From the NCBI GenBank assembly GCA_905213265.1, contig CAJMHR010000003.1, positions 5,411-69,410 on the forward strand: 64,000 nt of DNA. The letters run 5' to 3'. The position numbers and the translations under genes were made by a program. This document shows, one piece after another, positions 37,521-47,211 of the stretch. The notes under the pieces are model-generated. The model ran no database searches. It was not told where the DNA came from and saw only the letters and a list, made by a program, of their open reading frames with translations. Every line of letters begins with the position of its first letter. Positions within the stretch are counted from its first letter, which is position 1. The stretch comes from an uncultured Collinsella sp. GTDB taxonomy: Bacteria; Actinomycetota; Coriobacteriia; Coriobacteriales; Coriobacteriaceae.

Positions 37521-38765
37521 CTAGCGGTATCTGCGGAACCCCCCCCCGTACACGATTCGGAGGATGTAATCGGGCACGTTGCGCAGCTTCGGGCTTCGCC
37601 TCAGTTTCGCGAAGTGCTCTTCAGTTGGAACCGCCGTCTGTCCTCCCGGCGTCGTGCACAGGTAGTGCGATGCCATCTGGGTTCCGGTAAGCTCGTTGAC
37701 CTCCTTGGCCCTTATCCCGGTTGACTTGAGCCAGCGGGTGAAGGCAAGGGTCTCCTCCTCGGTGTGGTAGCGCGTGTCGCGTTCGTAAACGGCGGCCTCT
37801 TTGACCATCTGAGAGGCGAAGGACTCCTTTGCGAGCATCGAGGTAGAGCCGGGAGACTGGTGAATCGCCTTGAAGCAGTGCGCTGTCCCAACCTCGCGCA
37901 TTCGCTCGGTCGGTCTGCACTCTATTCCGTTGAGCATCGAGACCGCGTTGAAGCTGTTCCCCCTGAAGCCGGGAAGATCGCCGCAGCCGCAGCATGCGGT
38001 GCTGTCACCCATGGGGCGAAGGCGGTTCTCGGCGCAGAAGAATGCTAGGCCGTTTTCGTGGCAGGCGTCACGGATAAGCGCGTAGTGAGCCTCAAGCAGG
38101 TCCTCCGTGTAGCAGAAGTCGCCGCGAACCTTCACGAGCCCTTTCTTCCCGCGCTTGAACTTCATCCCCTCGACGGTAACGCCGTAGGCACCGGCCTCGG
38201 CGAAGCGTGGTATGTTCGCAAGGAACTCGCGCTTTACTCCGGTGATGTACGGTTGCGCCCTCACGATCACGCGGCGGCAGTTCCCCGCAAGCTTCGAGAC
38301 CATCGAAAGCCGCTCCTCGAACGTTGGCGCGCCCGGCTCCATCTTGTCGTATGAGGAGCAGACCATCGAGATTTGAACGACGGCGTTGCACTTGCGAAGG
38401 AGCGAGATGTACGGCTCCTCGGTTATGAGCTTGCCCTTGGTCGATATGATGACCGGGTGGCCGGTCTCTGCGAACACCTTGAGGCATTCGAGCGAGGCCC
38501 CGGCCTTGCGCTCGATGGGTTGGAAGGGATCGGAAAGCCCGCCCCAGTGCAGCGGTATCTTCCAGTCGCACCACTTGGTGACCGCCGTGCGCTTTCCCTC
38601 GATGAAGCTCCTGAGCTGCTTAGCGCAGTTCTTCATCGTCACCTTCTCGATGTCCACCTTTGTGCGGGCGAAGCAGTACTTGCAACCATGCGAACAGCCG
38701 GAATACGTGTCGAGCCTGATGGGGTACTCGCACAGGACGGCCTGAGAACCGCACTCTACTCCCAT
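37521..38765 (-). CDS. Radical SAM-like protein. Either SplB/DNA-photolyase-like or phage Gp37/Gp68-like.
   Basis: N-terminal CSHGCKYCF (CX3CX2C) cluster motif. 414 aa. Confidence 0.45.
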   Translation of the reverse strand: MGVECGSQAVLCEYPIRLDTYSGCSHGCKYCFARTKVDIEKVTMKNCAKQLRSFIEGKRTAVTKWCDWKIPLHWGGLSDPFQPIERKAGASLECLKVFAETGHPVIISTKGKLITEEPYISLLRKCNAVVQISMVCSSYDKMEPGAPTFEERLSMVSKLAGNCRRVIVRAQPYITGVKREFLANIPRFAEAGAYGVTVEGMKFKRGKKGLVKVRGDFCYTEDLLEAHYALIRDACHENGLAFFCAENRLRPMGDSTACCGCGDLPGFRGNSFNAVSMLNGIECRPTERMREVGTAHCFKAIHQSPGSTSMLAKESFASQMVKEAAVYERDTRYHTEEETLAFTRWLKSTGIRAKEVNELTGTQMASHYLCTTPGGQTAVPTEEHFAKLRRSPKLRNVPDYILRIVYGGGFRRYR

Positions 38766-39355
38766 TCCTCCGCCTCCTTGATGATCCGGGCGGAAAGCTC
38801 GTCGCGACCGATTGCCTTCACGTAGGCCTCAACGCTGTCTTTCACGTCGATGGGAAACACGAGCGAGAACGAGAACGTGTCGCCGTTCCCCTTTGTGGCG
38901 TTGGTGGCGAAGTCCTCCGTCATGAGGTCTTCGATTGCATCGACGCTTGCTCCCTTGTACAGGTACTCATCGAAGCCGAAGGACTCCCAGTCGGCGTTCA
39001 GGTTGTCCATGTCCTCGGTAAGGGTCTCGTAGTCGAAGCCGCTTGAAAGCGTCGTCTGGTTGTGGACGTGCGTGTAGGCGCGCCGCTGCTCGTCCGAGAG
39101 GTGGTCAAGGGAGATGACGGGGGCCGTTTCGATGCCCAGCTGCTTCAGCGCTAGCACTCGCCCGTGGCCCTCAACGATCTCAGGCTCTCCGTTCTCGTTG
39201 TGCCACACGGCAATGGGGTCGCAGTTGCCGAACTCGCTTATCGAGGCGGCTATCTGGTCTACTTGCTTCCTCGTGTGGATTTTCGCGTTGTTTGCGTACG
39301 GAACGAGGGTTTCTACGGGCGTTTCCTCGATCTTTAGGTCTGGCATAGGGCGCAA
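38756..39355 (-). CDS. ParB-like nuclease domain protein
   Basis: N-terminal ParB/Srx motifs (VPYANNAKIHT..., IVEGHGRVLA). Common upstream of phage terminases. Confidence 0.55.
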   Translation of the reverse strand: MRPMPDLKIEETPVETLVPYANNAKIHTRKQVDQIAASISEFGNCDPIAVWHNENGEPEIVEGHGRVLALKQLGIETAPVISLDHLSDEQRRAYTHVHNQTTLSSGFDYETLTEDMDNLNADWESFGFDEYLYKGASVDAIEDLMTEDFATNATKGNGDTFSFSLVFPIDVKDSVEAYVKAIGRDELSARIIKEAEEWE

Positions 39356-39533
39356 AACGGCCTCCTTTCGTAGGGTGAAAGGAGGCTATCGCGGGTGTGA
39401 GATTTAGCGTTGCGTTTTTTGGCGTCTTAGCGTTGCGCCCTCGCTCAGGCCCCCCGAACCTCCAATTTCGTGGCGATAGACGCCGGGGGGTTGCGCGCGG
39501 GGTATGAGGAGGCGTTTCGGGTTTTCCAAGGGG

Positions 39534-39923
39534 TTAGGGGGTCTTGCGCCTGAGCTTGGCGTCCTTCAGGCCGTGGCAGCTCTTGCAGCGCAGGGCTAGG
39601 TTGGCCGGGTCGTTCGTGCCTCCCTTGCACAGCGGCACGATGTGGTCGACCTCTCCTCCCATGCCCGCAGTCCTCCACCGCTTGCCGTCGTGCCATGCGC
39701 ATACCCTGCCGCAGTCGGTGCACCTGCCCTTGGTTCTCGCTATCGCCTGCTGCCTCGCGGCTTGGTACTCGGCGCTTGAGTAGTTGCGCCTCCACGGCTC
39801 GCGCTTGGCTCTGGCCTTGTCGCCTTGTGTCGGCTTGCGCTTGGGCCTCGGCCTGCATGCGCAGCGCTGGCCCGCCGGTACGATGCGCCCGCAGTGCGGG
39901 CAGTAGGTGCGCATGCGGCTCAT
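39534..39923 (-). CDS. HNH endonuclease
   Basis: CPHCG...CTDCG...EVDHIVPLCKGGTNDPANLALRCKSCH, a canonical HNH motif with zinc ligands. Confidence 0.8.
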   Translation of the reverse strand: MSRMRTYCPHCGRIVPAGQRCACRPRPKRKPTQGDKARAKREPWRRNYSSAEYQAARQQAIARTKGRCTDCGRVCAWHDGKRWRTAGMGGEVDHIVPLCKGGTNDPANLALRCKSCHGLKDAKLRRKTP

Positions 39924-40066
39924 TGCCCGGCCTCCTTCAGCAGCTTCTTGGTCTCGTGTATCGTGATCTCTAGCGCCCGCGCTATCTCGCCCAAGGTGCA
40001 GCCTATGCGCCGCATCCTCTGGGCGTGCTTGGCCAGCTGCTCGCGCGTCCTCTGCTCGTTATCCAT
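39920..40066 (-). CDS. Small HTH protein
   Basis: 48 aa from MDNEQ. IGCTLGEIARALEITIHETKKLL is a helix-turn-helix. Confidence 0.35.
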   Translation of the reverse strand: MDNEQRTREQLAKHAQRMRRIGCTLGEIARALEITIHETKKLLKEAGQ

Positions 40067-40262
40067 GGCGCTCTCCCGGCTGCGTGTTCTTGCTCGTGAG
40101 GTGCCACGCATGGCAGTAGGGGCAGCGGTACCAGTCCTGCCCGTACCGTGCCCCTACCCTCATCGCCGCAAGCTCGCTGTAGAACGCGACCTTCTGCGTG
40201 CATGTGCGGCGCTTGCGCTTGGTGCGCCTTCTCTTGTGGTGCCTGCTGTTTCCCATGGCCAT
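40059..40262 (-). CDS. Small basic Cys-containing protein
   Basis: 67 aa from MAMGNSRHHKRRR with a perfect AAGGAGG RBS. CPYCH motif. Confidence 0.35.
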   Translation of the reverse strand: MAMGNSRHHKRRRTKRKRRTCTQKVAFYSELAAMRVGARYGQDWYRCPYCHAWHLTSKNTQPGERHG

Positions 40263-40298
40263 GCCTCCTTTGGCTGGATGGTATGGCCAGCGCAAGAC

Positions 40299-40634
40299 CT
40301 AGAACCTTCCGCGCCTTCGGTTGCGCTCCTCGCAAGCCCGCATGATCGGCTCCATGTCGTGCACGCCCAGAGCTGCAACGAGGTTGAGCGTCGCCTGTAT
40401 GACATCTGCGCACTCGTCTATGACGTCTCCTGTCGCAGCCTTTACGGAAGGCTTGAACGGTACCGCTCTCGGGTCTTCGTCGGTGCGGTCGTAGAAGACG
40501 AGCTCCTCGTTGAGCCTCTGCCAAGCGCCGAAGACCTCGGCAGCCTCCTCCAATGGTTTGAGCGCCTGTGCCTTACTTGCATCCAAGTCCTTGAACACCG
40601 CCACGCTTCCAACGTTCACCGATTCCATACGCAC
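40299..40634 (-). CDS. MazG-like nucleotide pyrophosphohydrolase
   Basis: EEAAEVFGAWQRLNEE...DECADVIQATLNL has the EExxE...D spacing of the all-alpha NTP-PPase family. Confidence 0.45.
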   Translation of the reverse strand: MRMESVNVGSVAVFKDLDASKAQALKPLEEAAEVFGAWQRLNEELVFYDRTDEDPRAVPFKPSVKAATGDVIDECADVIQATLNLVAALGVHDMEPIMRACEERNRRRGRF

Positions 40635-40813
40635 CCCTTGCAGCCCTCGTCTTCATCGTTCTGCATGTCGATAAGATGCTCGTTGATCCAGTTGGCGCAC
40701 TGCGCCGTTCCGCACGTCTCGCCCAACTCGTCCAGCATCTGGTTCTGGCACACGCCGTAGTCGCAGCACACCTCAATGAAGCGGCATTCGCTCCAGTTCT
40801 CTCCCTTGGCCAT
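40616..40813 (-). CDS. Small Cys-rich protein
   Basis: 65 aa from MAKGENW with a GGAGG RBS. Eight Cys residues. Confidence 0.3.
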   Translation of the reverse strand: MAKGENWSECRFIEVCCDYGVCQNQMLDELGETCGTAQCANWINEHLIDMQNDEDEGCKGCVWNR

Positions 40814-40815
40814 GG

Positions 40816-41706
40816 CTACGCCTCCAAAGCCTTGAGCGCCCGGCGGGCGTTGTCCGTGAGCTGCCGCTGCCACGCGCCGTTCTTGGGCGACCACCTGAAC
40901 CCGTTGGCCTTGAGCCTTTCGCGCGTGCCGTCCTTAGGCTTTCCGCCGAACACGAGCTGAAGCCGCATGATGTCGGCGTTCTCCACCACGGTGCAAGGCT
41001 CGCCGTTGATCTCGGTCTCGCGGTCTTCGGTGCCGGCCTCCTTCTCGCGCTGAAGCTCGGCGATGCGCGCGCGGGTGCGCTTGATCGTGGCGAGGTTGTT
41101 CGACAGCTGCCACGACGGGAAGGGCTGGCTCATGCCGAAGCGCTCCATGTCGTGCCTGACGTGCTCGGCCTCGTCGTGGTCTACGCCGTCGAAGCCCTCA
41201 AGCGTGCCGTGCTTGCGGTAGTGGGCGTTGGCGCGCTTCATCATGTCCTGACGATCCTCTAGCCGCTTCGCCTTGGCCTCAAGCCTTTCGAGCGCGTTCG
41301 GGTCGCCCGCTTGTATGCCGCCGGTTCCGATGGACGCGATGCGGCGCTTGATGCCCATGACCTTCTCGTAGCGCTCCATGTGCGAGCTTCGGCGGGCGTT
41401 CTGGCGCTCCTTCTTGCGAACAGGGAAGTTCCCGCCGCCCGAAACGAGGATGCTGGGGCACATCGCGTCGATGCGGTAGCCCTCGTTCAGCCACTCTGCG
41501 TACTTGCGGGCGAACCTGTCTGCGAGCGCGTAGGCCTTCTCCGCAAGCTCGGGGAACCGCTCGGCCTGCTCCTCGGCCATTCGGTAGGCCTCGTCCACCT
41601 GCGCGCGGTAGCCCTCGGTCTCGCTGCCGGCCTTGAACTCGCGCATGCTGTTGGCATCGTGGGCCATGCGCGCATCCGCCTCGTTTATCTCGTAGTACCT
41701 TGCCAT
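40816..41706 (-). CDS. Hypothetical phage protein
   Basis: 296 aa from MARYYEINEAD (AAAGGA RBS). No motif recognised. Confidence 0.4.
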   Translation of the reverse strand: MARYYEINEADARMAHDANSMREFKAGSETEGYRAQVDEAYRMAEEQAERFPELAEKAYALADRFARKYAEWLNEGYRIDAMCPSILVSGGGNFPVRKKERQNARRSSHMERYEKVMGIKRRIASIGTGGIQAGDPNALERLEAKAKRLEDRQDMMKRANAHYRKHGTLEGFDGVDHDEAEHVRHDMERFGMSQPFPSWQLSNNLATIKRTRARIAELQREKEAGTEDRETEINGEPCTVVENADIMRLQLVFGGKPKDGTRERLKANGFRWSPKNGAWQRQLTDNARRALKALEA

Positions 41707-41769
41707 GATAGAATCCTTTCGTCCGGCGGGGCCTAGCCGCCAAGCTCTCGGCCCCGCCCGCATTGTCAA

Positions 41770-41940
41770 CTCAGCCGGCGATGATGTCTCTGACGAGCAT
41801 CACGATCTGGTAGCCCAAGAACACCGTCAGCCCGTCGAGCGCCAAGCACGCCAGAACGAGGAAGAGGCACCCCATGCAGCCCATGGGCTTGCTATCCTCG
41901 GTGACCCCGGCCTTCCACTCGTCCTTGCTCAGGCTCATCG
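41770..41940 (-). CDS. Small membrane protein (about 56 aa)
   Basis: MSLSKDEWKAGVTEDSKPMGCMGCLFLVLACLALDGLTVFLGYQIVMLVRDIIAG. It is ATGA-coupled to the upstream ORF. Confidence 0.3.
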
Positions 41941-42253
41941 CGGCTCACCTTCGATTACCGTCGGCAGCACGTCGCTCGCCATGTCCATGCAGGCCTCGCA
42001 CCTCGCCCAGTCCGGTTCCGGCCCGCTGATGGCCTCAAGGGCCTCGGTGAGGTGCTTGCGCGCGGCTTCGATGCGGATGCGCGCCTTCTCCGCCTTGACG
42101 TCTTTCATCGTGTCTCCTTTCACGCTGCGAGCGACAGAAAGCAAAGGAACGCAAGCCCGAGGGCGAGAAGCTTCAACGCCCTCAGCACCGCGTAGACGAT
42201 GGCTGCCGGAACGCTCACGGCGGCAGCTATCGCGATTGCGAAAAGCAGCCTTC

Positions 42254-42862
42254 TCACTCGTTTTCCTCGTCCTTCTCGGCCTCGGCGTCCAGCTTGTCGG
42301 CGTACTCGATGAGCCGCTTCTTGAGCAGGTCGAGGCCGAACCTCTCAAGCTCATCCGCGCGGTATGCCGGGAAGTACTGCCCCGTGCACGCCTTCTCGGA
42401 GTCCTTGGCCACGCGGGCCTCGGCGAGGTTGCGCCCGTTGTCCCAAACGTCCATGACGAACGTCTGGGTTCCGGTACGGAGCTGGCAGGGCCAGATGCGC
42501 GTCTCAACGCTCATGGCCTCGTTCCTGCTCCAACCGACGCGCTTGCGGGCCACCTCGCGCAGGCCCTCATCGCTTGCGGCCTTCTCGCGCGCCTCCTCAG
42601 CCGTAAGCCCAAGCCCGTTCTCGCTGTGCTTGAAGTCGTAGACTTCCTTCACCGTGAGATAGGCCGTCTCGAACGGCTCGTTGAGCTTGACGATCTGCAC
42701 CTGCCTCGGCTCGATCTCGCCGTCGGGGCTTTCAGCCTTCTTGGCGTCCGCCTCGCTCTTCTCGCGCTCAAGCTCCGCGATCTTTCCGCGAAGCACCTCG
42801 TTCGCTTCCTCAGCCGCATGAAGCTTGGCAAGCACGTACTCCTCGCAAGTCCTGATTTCCAT
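42254..42862 (-). CDS. Hypothetical phage protein
   Basis: 202 aa from MEIRTCEEYV with a GGGAAAGGG RBS. Confidence 0.4.
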   Translation of the reverse strand: MEIRTCEEYVLAKLHAAEEANEVLRGKIAELEREKSEADAKKAESPDGEIEPRQVQIVKLNEPFETAYLTVKEVYDFKHSENGLGLTAEEAREKAASDEGLREVARKRVGWSRNEAMSVETRIWPCQLRTGTQTFVMDVWDNGRNLAEARVAKDSEKACTGQYFPAYRADELERFGLDLLKKRLIEYADKLDAEAEKDEENE

Positions 42863-42863
42863 T

Positions 42864-43326
42864 TCAAACCCTTTCCCTGATGGTGATGATCCTGCCGGTA
42901 TCCCGGTCTTCAATCTCCCAGCGCCCGTAGTCGTAGAGGCCGGGATGGTGCGGGGGGAACAGCTTCAGAAGAAGCCCGTCCCACCACTGCTGCTCGAACT
43001 GGATGTTGTCCCACACCCAGCGGGTAACGAAGCGCGCCGCGCCGTGGAACCCGTCGTGGCACCCCGTGGTGCCCGAGCCGCATAGGGCGAACAGCGGGCT
43101 TCTCAGGCTCCACTTGCCGTTCGGCGTGACGAGGTTGAAGCGCTCGCCGCGCCCCCTCGGTATCACGTGGTGGCAGCTCATGGCTGGCTTTCCGCAGATG
43201 CAGCACCACTCCTGCGTGCGCTCGTAGTCCCTCGCGCCCTTGCCGGTGTATCGCGCGCCCACGTGGGGCTTTCCGTAAAGCTCGGCCCTCTCCAAGGAGT
43301 GGCCCTGAAGCTGTCCCATCGAGATC
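42864..43326 (-). CDS. HNH-like endonuclease
   Basis: About 154 aa from MISMGQ (AGGAGG RBS). CCICGKP...CHHVIPRGRG motif. Confidence 0.5.
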
Positions 43327-43975
43327 ATCGGAGCCTCCTGTCCGGCCCAGTCACCTCGATGCGCTCGCAGGCCCCGCCGAGCCTTGAGGCGATGCGAGCT
43401 CCGGGCATGCCGCCCCAAAGCTCGCGCAGCTGCCCGAGGCTGTAGTTGCTCGTGACGATGGTCGGAAGCCCCTCGGCGGTTCTGGCGTCTATGAGGCCCG
43501 TGAGCGTCTCGATGGCCCAATCCGTGGGGCGCTCGGCCCCCAGATCGTCAAGCGCCAGAAGCGGAACGGTCTCGGCCCTTCTCAGGGCGTCGCGGTCTCC
43601 TCCGTTGAAGCCGTCGCGGATGCTGTCCAGCAGGTGCTTGGCGCTCACGAGCTTCGCGGGCGGCTTGGTGCCCTTGGAGCGCTCGACGGCGACGCGCACC
43701 GCATGGGCCGCCGCGTAGGTCTTGCCGCGCCCCGGCTCGCCCCAGAGGTACGCGCCACGGCCCCGCTCCACGATCCTGCACACGCGCTCGCCGATGTCGC
43801 TCTGGGCGCGCATGTAGCCGCCTCGAAGCCCGGCCTTGCGCAGCCTGCACTCGCGGGCCTTGCGCATCATCTGGCGGTACTCGTCGGTCTGCTCGAAGGG
43901 CACGGGCTTGGCCGGTTCGATGCCCTCCGGCACGTCGAGGCCCTTGAGCGCGTCAGAGATTCGAGTACTCGTCAT
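43325..43975 (-). CDS. DnaC/IstB-like AAA+ helicase loader
   Basis: Walker A GEPGRGKTY, Walker B LLALDDLGAE. Ends with TSNYS... Confidence 0.7.
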   Translation of the reverse strand: MTSTRISDALKGLDVPEGIEPAKPVPFEQTDEYRQMMRKARECRLRKAGLRGGYMRAQSDIGERVCRIVERGRGAYLWGEPGRGKTYAAAHAVRVAVERSKGTKPPAKLVSAKHLLDSIRDGFNGGDRDALRRAETVPLLALDDLGAERPTDWAIETLTGLIDARTAEGLPTIVTSNYSLGQLRELWGGMPGARIASRLGGACERIEVTGPDRRLR

Positions 43976-44573
43976 GGCTGGCCTCCTTCCTGTCGCCCTG
44001 CCGCTTCTGCCATGTGGTGCAAGCCGCCTGCCACGACTTCATGGGGTTGCGCCCGACCTTCCAGCCCTTCGACTCGTAGAACGCCACGAAAGCCTCCGGG
44101 TCGAACGTGTAGCCCTTCTCCGCGCAGTAGGCGCGAACCTCGTCAACTGAGGGCGGGACGAACCTCTTCTTTGGCTTGGTATGGTTTGGCTTGGTATGGT
44201 TTGGTTTGGGTTCGGCATCTTCCAAACCCCCGTTTTCGGTTTCCAAAACCCCCGTTTCGATGTAATCGCAAGCGAGGTTTGAGAACTCGGAAAGGGGGGT
44301 TTCGCTGTTTGCAAAGGGGTCTTTCGAGTCGCTTGAAGCACCCTTATTGTTTCCGCGTCCCCCCGTTCTACCGCTCGAAATGGCGCGCTTGGAGTTGTCG
44401 ATGTCCTCGCGCAGGCTCTCGAAGATGGCATCAAGCGGCCACTCAAGCTCAGGCTCGATGCCGTAGGTGCCGTACTGGGCCAAGGCCCAGAGGATCGCTC
44501 CTCGCTGCTCCTCCGGCACCTTGGCCACCGTTGCGGTGAGCTTCGGAAACCATGTGAACTTGGCTTCCTGCAT
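43953..44573 (-). CDS. Phage replisome organiser / replication initiation protein with a C-terminal DnaD-like domain
   Basis: The C-terminal VDEVRAYCAEKGYTFDPEAFVAFYESKGWKVG is like phage replication protein C-terminal domains. Internal KPNHTKPNHTKP is encoded by a 15-bp tandem repeat. Confidence 0.45.
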   Translation of the reverse strand: MQEAKFTWFPKLTATVAKVPEEQRGAILWALAQYGTYGIEPELEWPLDAIFESLREDIDNSKRAISSGRTGGRGNNKGASSDSKDPFANSETPLSEFSNLACDYIETGVLETENGGLEDAEPKPNHTKPNHTKPKKRFVPPSVDEVRAYCAEKGYTFDPEAFVAFYESKGWKVGRNPMKSWQAACTTWQKRQGDRKEASHDEYSNL

Positions 44574-44576
44574 GAC

Positions 44577-44921
44577 CTAACGCTCCCAGTAGTAAGCGCC
44601 CTCAAGCGCGTTGACGGACACGGTTGCGCCGGTGCCGATAAGCGCCTCGATGACATCAAAGCGGAGCGCGTCCACCTCGGGGTGCTCAACGAGGAAGCAC
44701 ATGGCGATGTGCTGCAAGCGCTTGTAGCTGAACTCCGGTTCCTTGACCTCGCCGCGCTGGCGCTTCGCCGTCACGATCACGAGTACGGTCACCTCGCCGT
44801 CCTTCACAACGACGTCGGCGGTTCCCTCGTCGCACACGTACTTGCAAGCGCCATCGGCCTTGAGGCCCTTGGAGTTCAGGTGCGCGATGGCTGCGAGGTG
44901 CGCGATTGAATAGGTGTTCAT
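44577..44921 (-). CDS. Hypothetical protein, possibly a YraN/UPF0102-like restriction-endonuclease-fold nuclease
   Basis: 114 aa. GEVTVLVIVTAKRQRG resembles the E-x-K core of the UPF0102 fold. Weak. Confidence 0.3.
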   Translation of the reverse strand: MNTYSIAHLAAIAHLNSKGLKADGACKYVCDEGTADVVVKDGEVTVLVIVTAKRQRGEVKEPEFSYKRLQHIAMCFLVEHPEVDALRFDVIEALIGTGATVSVNALEGAYYWER

Positions 44922-44930
44922 GGTCTCCTC

Positions 44931-45317
44931 CTAGAACGGGCAGTCGTCGTCGTAGACGTCTGCGGGCTGATCCTCTGCGGCCTGCCCCGTGCGCTTGCCG
45001 CCTTGGAAGTCGATGTCCTCGCCGATGACCTCAAGCTTGCTGCGCTTCTGGCCCTCCTTGGTCTCCCACGTGTTCTGGCTCAGCCTTCCGGCAATGGTCA
45101 CGTGGGAACCCTTGGCGAGGTACTTGGCGATGCTCTCGGCGCGGTTGCCGAAGAAGATCACGTCGACCCAGTTGGCCTTGTCCGACCACTCGCCGTTGAC
45201 CTTCTGGCGCGTGTTCACGCACACCGCGAGGCTGCACACCTGCGTGCCCAACGCGGTTACGCGAAGCTCCGGGTCGCGCCCGAGGTTGCCGCTAATCGTC
45301 ACTCGATTGATGCTCAT
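44931..45317 (-). CDS. ssb: Single-stranded DNA-binding protein
   Basis: OB-fold N-terminus (VTISGNLGRDPELR). Acidic C-terminal tail ending DDDCPF. Confidence 0.8.
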   Translation of the reverse strand: MSINRVTISGNLGRDPELRVTALGTQVCSLAVCVNTRQKVNGEWSDKANWVDVIFFGNRAESIAKYLAKGSHVTIAGRLSQNTWETKEGQKRSKLEVIGEDIDFQGGKRTGQAAEDQPADVYDDDCPF

Positions 45318-45993
45318 CCGTCTCCTCCTTGCTGTGGTCTGAGTCCTTGGCGATCTGCGCGAGGTACTTGCCCCACTCGGTCACCTGCCCAAGGGTCAGG
45401 TCGCCGGGCTGCACGTCCCCGAAGCTGGCCTTGTACCAGCTGTCAAGACCGCTTTCCTTCACGCCCTGAGCCATGCACTGGGCCTTGAGCTGCAAGCAGC
45501 GCGTGAGCCACTTCTTCTTGTCGGGAGCGGCCTGAGCCTTGCCGGTTGTGTTCCCCAGCGGGTGGTTGCGCGGGTTTGCCGGAGGCGTTGTGCCGCCCGC
45601 TCCGGTGTCTCCGTCCGTGTCGTCATCGCCAGCGAGGCCGAAAGCCTTGAGCAGCGAATAGCGGCGGGCATATGTCTCGCGCTTGCCGAACTCCTGCGGG
45701 TCGCTGTCGTACTGGTATGGGGTCACATCGAGAACCTGCTTGGTTTCCCCGTACATGACCGCCGTGTGGAGCAACATGCCGTTCTCCACCACCTCTGAGT
45801 ACTGCGAGAGGAAAACGCCGTTCTCGTTGAGTGCGGGGCGAACCACATCGAGCACCGCGTCAAGCGTGGTGTAGTTGTAGGTGTACTCGCCGCCGGTGCG
45901 GGTGCGAACCTTCGCGGTCTTGTCCTTCTTGGGGTTCTGCATCATCTTCTGCGCGGCACACAGGGCCTCCGCGAGCGTCTTGGTCTCGGCCAT
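45292..45993 (-). CDS. ERF-family single-strand annealing recombinase
   Basis: GEYTYNYTTLDAVLDVVRPAL...TYARRYSLLKAFGLAGDDD parallels P22 Erf (GKYKYRSCEDILEGVKPLL...SYARKYCLNGLFGIDD). Confidence 0.6.
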   Translation of the reverse strand: MAETKTLAEALCAAQKMMQNPKKDKTAKVRTRTGGEYTYNYTTLDAVLDVVRPALNENGVFLSQYSEVVENGMLLHTAVMYGETKQVLDVTPYQYDSDPQEFGKRETYARRYSLLKAFGLAGDDDTDGDTGAGGTTPPANPRNHPLGNTTGKAQAAPDKKKWLTRCLQLKAQCMAQGVKESGLDSWYKASFGDVQPGDLTLGQVTEWGKYLAQIAKDSDHSKEETDEHQSSDD

Positions 45994-46898
45994 CACTGCA
46001 CCTCCGTGAGCTTCCTGTAGTGGTCGCAGAACTGGCAGGCGGAGCAGTAGTCCATGCACTTGGGGTCTTCGCCGGGGCGGTGAACCACGTAGAACTTGCC
46101 CTTGCCGTTGGCGCTCTCCTGCTCCATGCGGGCTTTCGCCTCATCCTCGCTGTCAAAGAGGCGGATGGCGGTCTTGCGGCCCTCCTTCATGACGGCCCAC
46201 TTGTCGGCGCGGTGCCAGCGCTCGCTCTCGGTGCACATGGGCAGCTGGTCGTCTGGAAGCTTCTCGGCTTCCTCGATCTCCTCGAAGCGCTTGGCGAGCC
46301 ACTCGCCGCACCGCTCTATCTGCTCGTCGGTGAAGTCCCACCCCACGCGCCAGACGGGGTGCTTCGGGTAGTCGGCCTTGTTCTTGGCGTCGCTCTTCTT
46401 GTGATCCTTGAGCAGCGCAACGATCTCGCCGCGATGGGCGTCGAAGCCTATCTGCCGAAGCATCCAGCAGTAGATGAGGGTCTGCTTGCGCCAGTCCCCA
46501 AGCTCCTCGTCATCCTTTGCGCCGAAGACGGCCTTCCAAGCCGATGCCGTCTTGTAGTCCGTGACGGTGCCCGTCGCATCGTCGTAGAGGTCGAATATGC
46601 CGCTCAGCTGGTAGCCGTTGGGCATGTCGATGACGAGGTGGTTCTCCTTGAGCTGGGTCTTGGTCTCCTTGGCGTTCTGGAGAATCTGGTGCACCGCCGA
46701 GCCGAAGACGGCCCACACCATGTCCGCCACGTCCTGAGTGATCTCGTCGTCGTGGCGGCGCTGAAGGATGGCCTCGCGTGTGCCCTTCAGAAGGGCGGTC
46801 ACGCTGTAGCGCTTGGGCGTGTACTTGTAGTCGCTCTCCGCAGCCGAGACGAACGGGCGCGGGAGGTTAAGGGAGTTGGTGAGGTTCACGCCTAGCAC
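45993..46898 (-). CDS. PD-(D/E)XK exonuclease (Cas4/RecB-like) with a C-terminal Cys cluster
   Basis: IFDLYDD...VTDYKT nuclease motifs. The C-terminal CMDYCSACQFC is a Fe-S-type cluster. Confidence 0.6.
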   Translation of the reverse strand: MLGVNLTNSLNLPRPFVSAAESDYKYTPKRYSVTALLKGTREAILQRRHDDEITQDVADMVWAVFGSAVHQILQNAKETKTQLKENHLVIDMPNGYQLSGIFDLYDDATGTVTDYKTASAWKAVFGAKDDEELGDWRKQTLIYCWMLRQIGFDAHRGEIVALLKDHKKSDAKNKADYPKHPVWRVGWDFTDEQIERCGEWLAKRFEEIEEAEKLPDDQLPMCTESERWHRADKWAVMKEGRKTAIRLFDSEDEAKARMEQESANGKGKFYVVHRPGEDPKCMDYCSACQFCDHYRKLTEVQ

Positions 46899-47209
46899 CC
46901 CCCGAACAGAATGCCAAAGATGGCCTTCAGCTCGTCGCGCCGTTCCTCGATCTTCTGCATGTCGCTGCGCACGTTAGCCAGCGCCTTCTCGACAACGTCC
47001 TCGGGGTACTTGGCGATGATCGCCTCGCAGATGGCGATGGTGTTGTACGCGGACTGGCACATGTCCACGTCTGCGCTGCGGGTCTCGTCCGCATCGTGGG
47101 TGAGCATGAACACGATGTTGCTCTCCACAACGCCTGCGGCCTTGTGCAGGTTGTCGTGAAGGTCGTGCAGGTCGACGCCGTTCATGATGTTGCGCTCAAA
47201 GTACTTCAT
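46892..47209 (-). CDS. Hypothetical phage protein
   Basis: 105-aa ORF. Confidence 0.35.
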   Translation of the reverse strand: MKYFERNIMNGVDLHDLHDNLHKAAGVVESNIVFMLTHDADETRSADVDMCQSAYNTIAICEAIIAKYPEDVVEKALANVRSDMQKIEERRDELKAIFGILFGGC

Positions 47210-47211
47210 GG

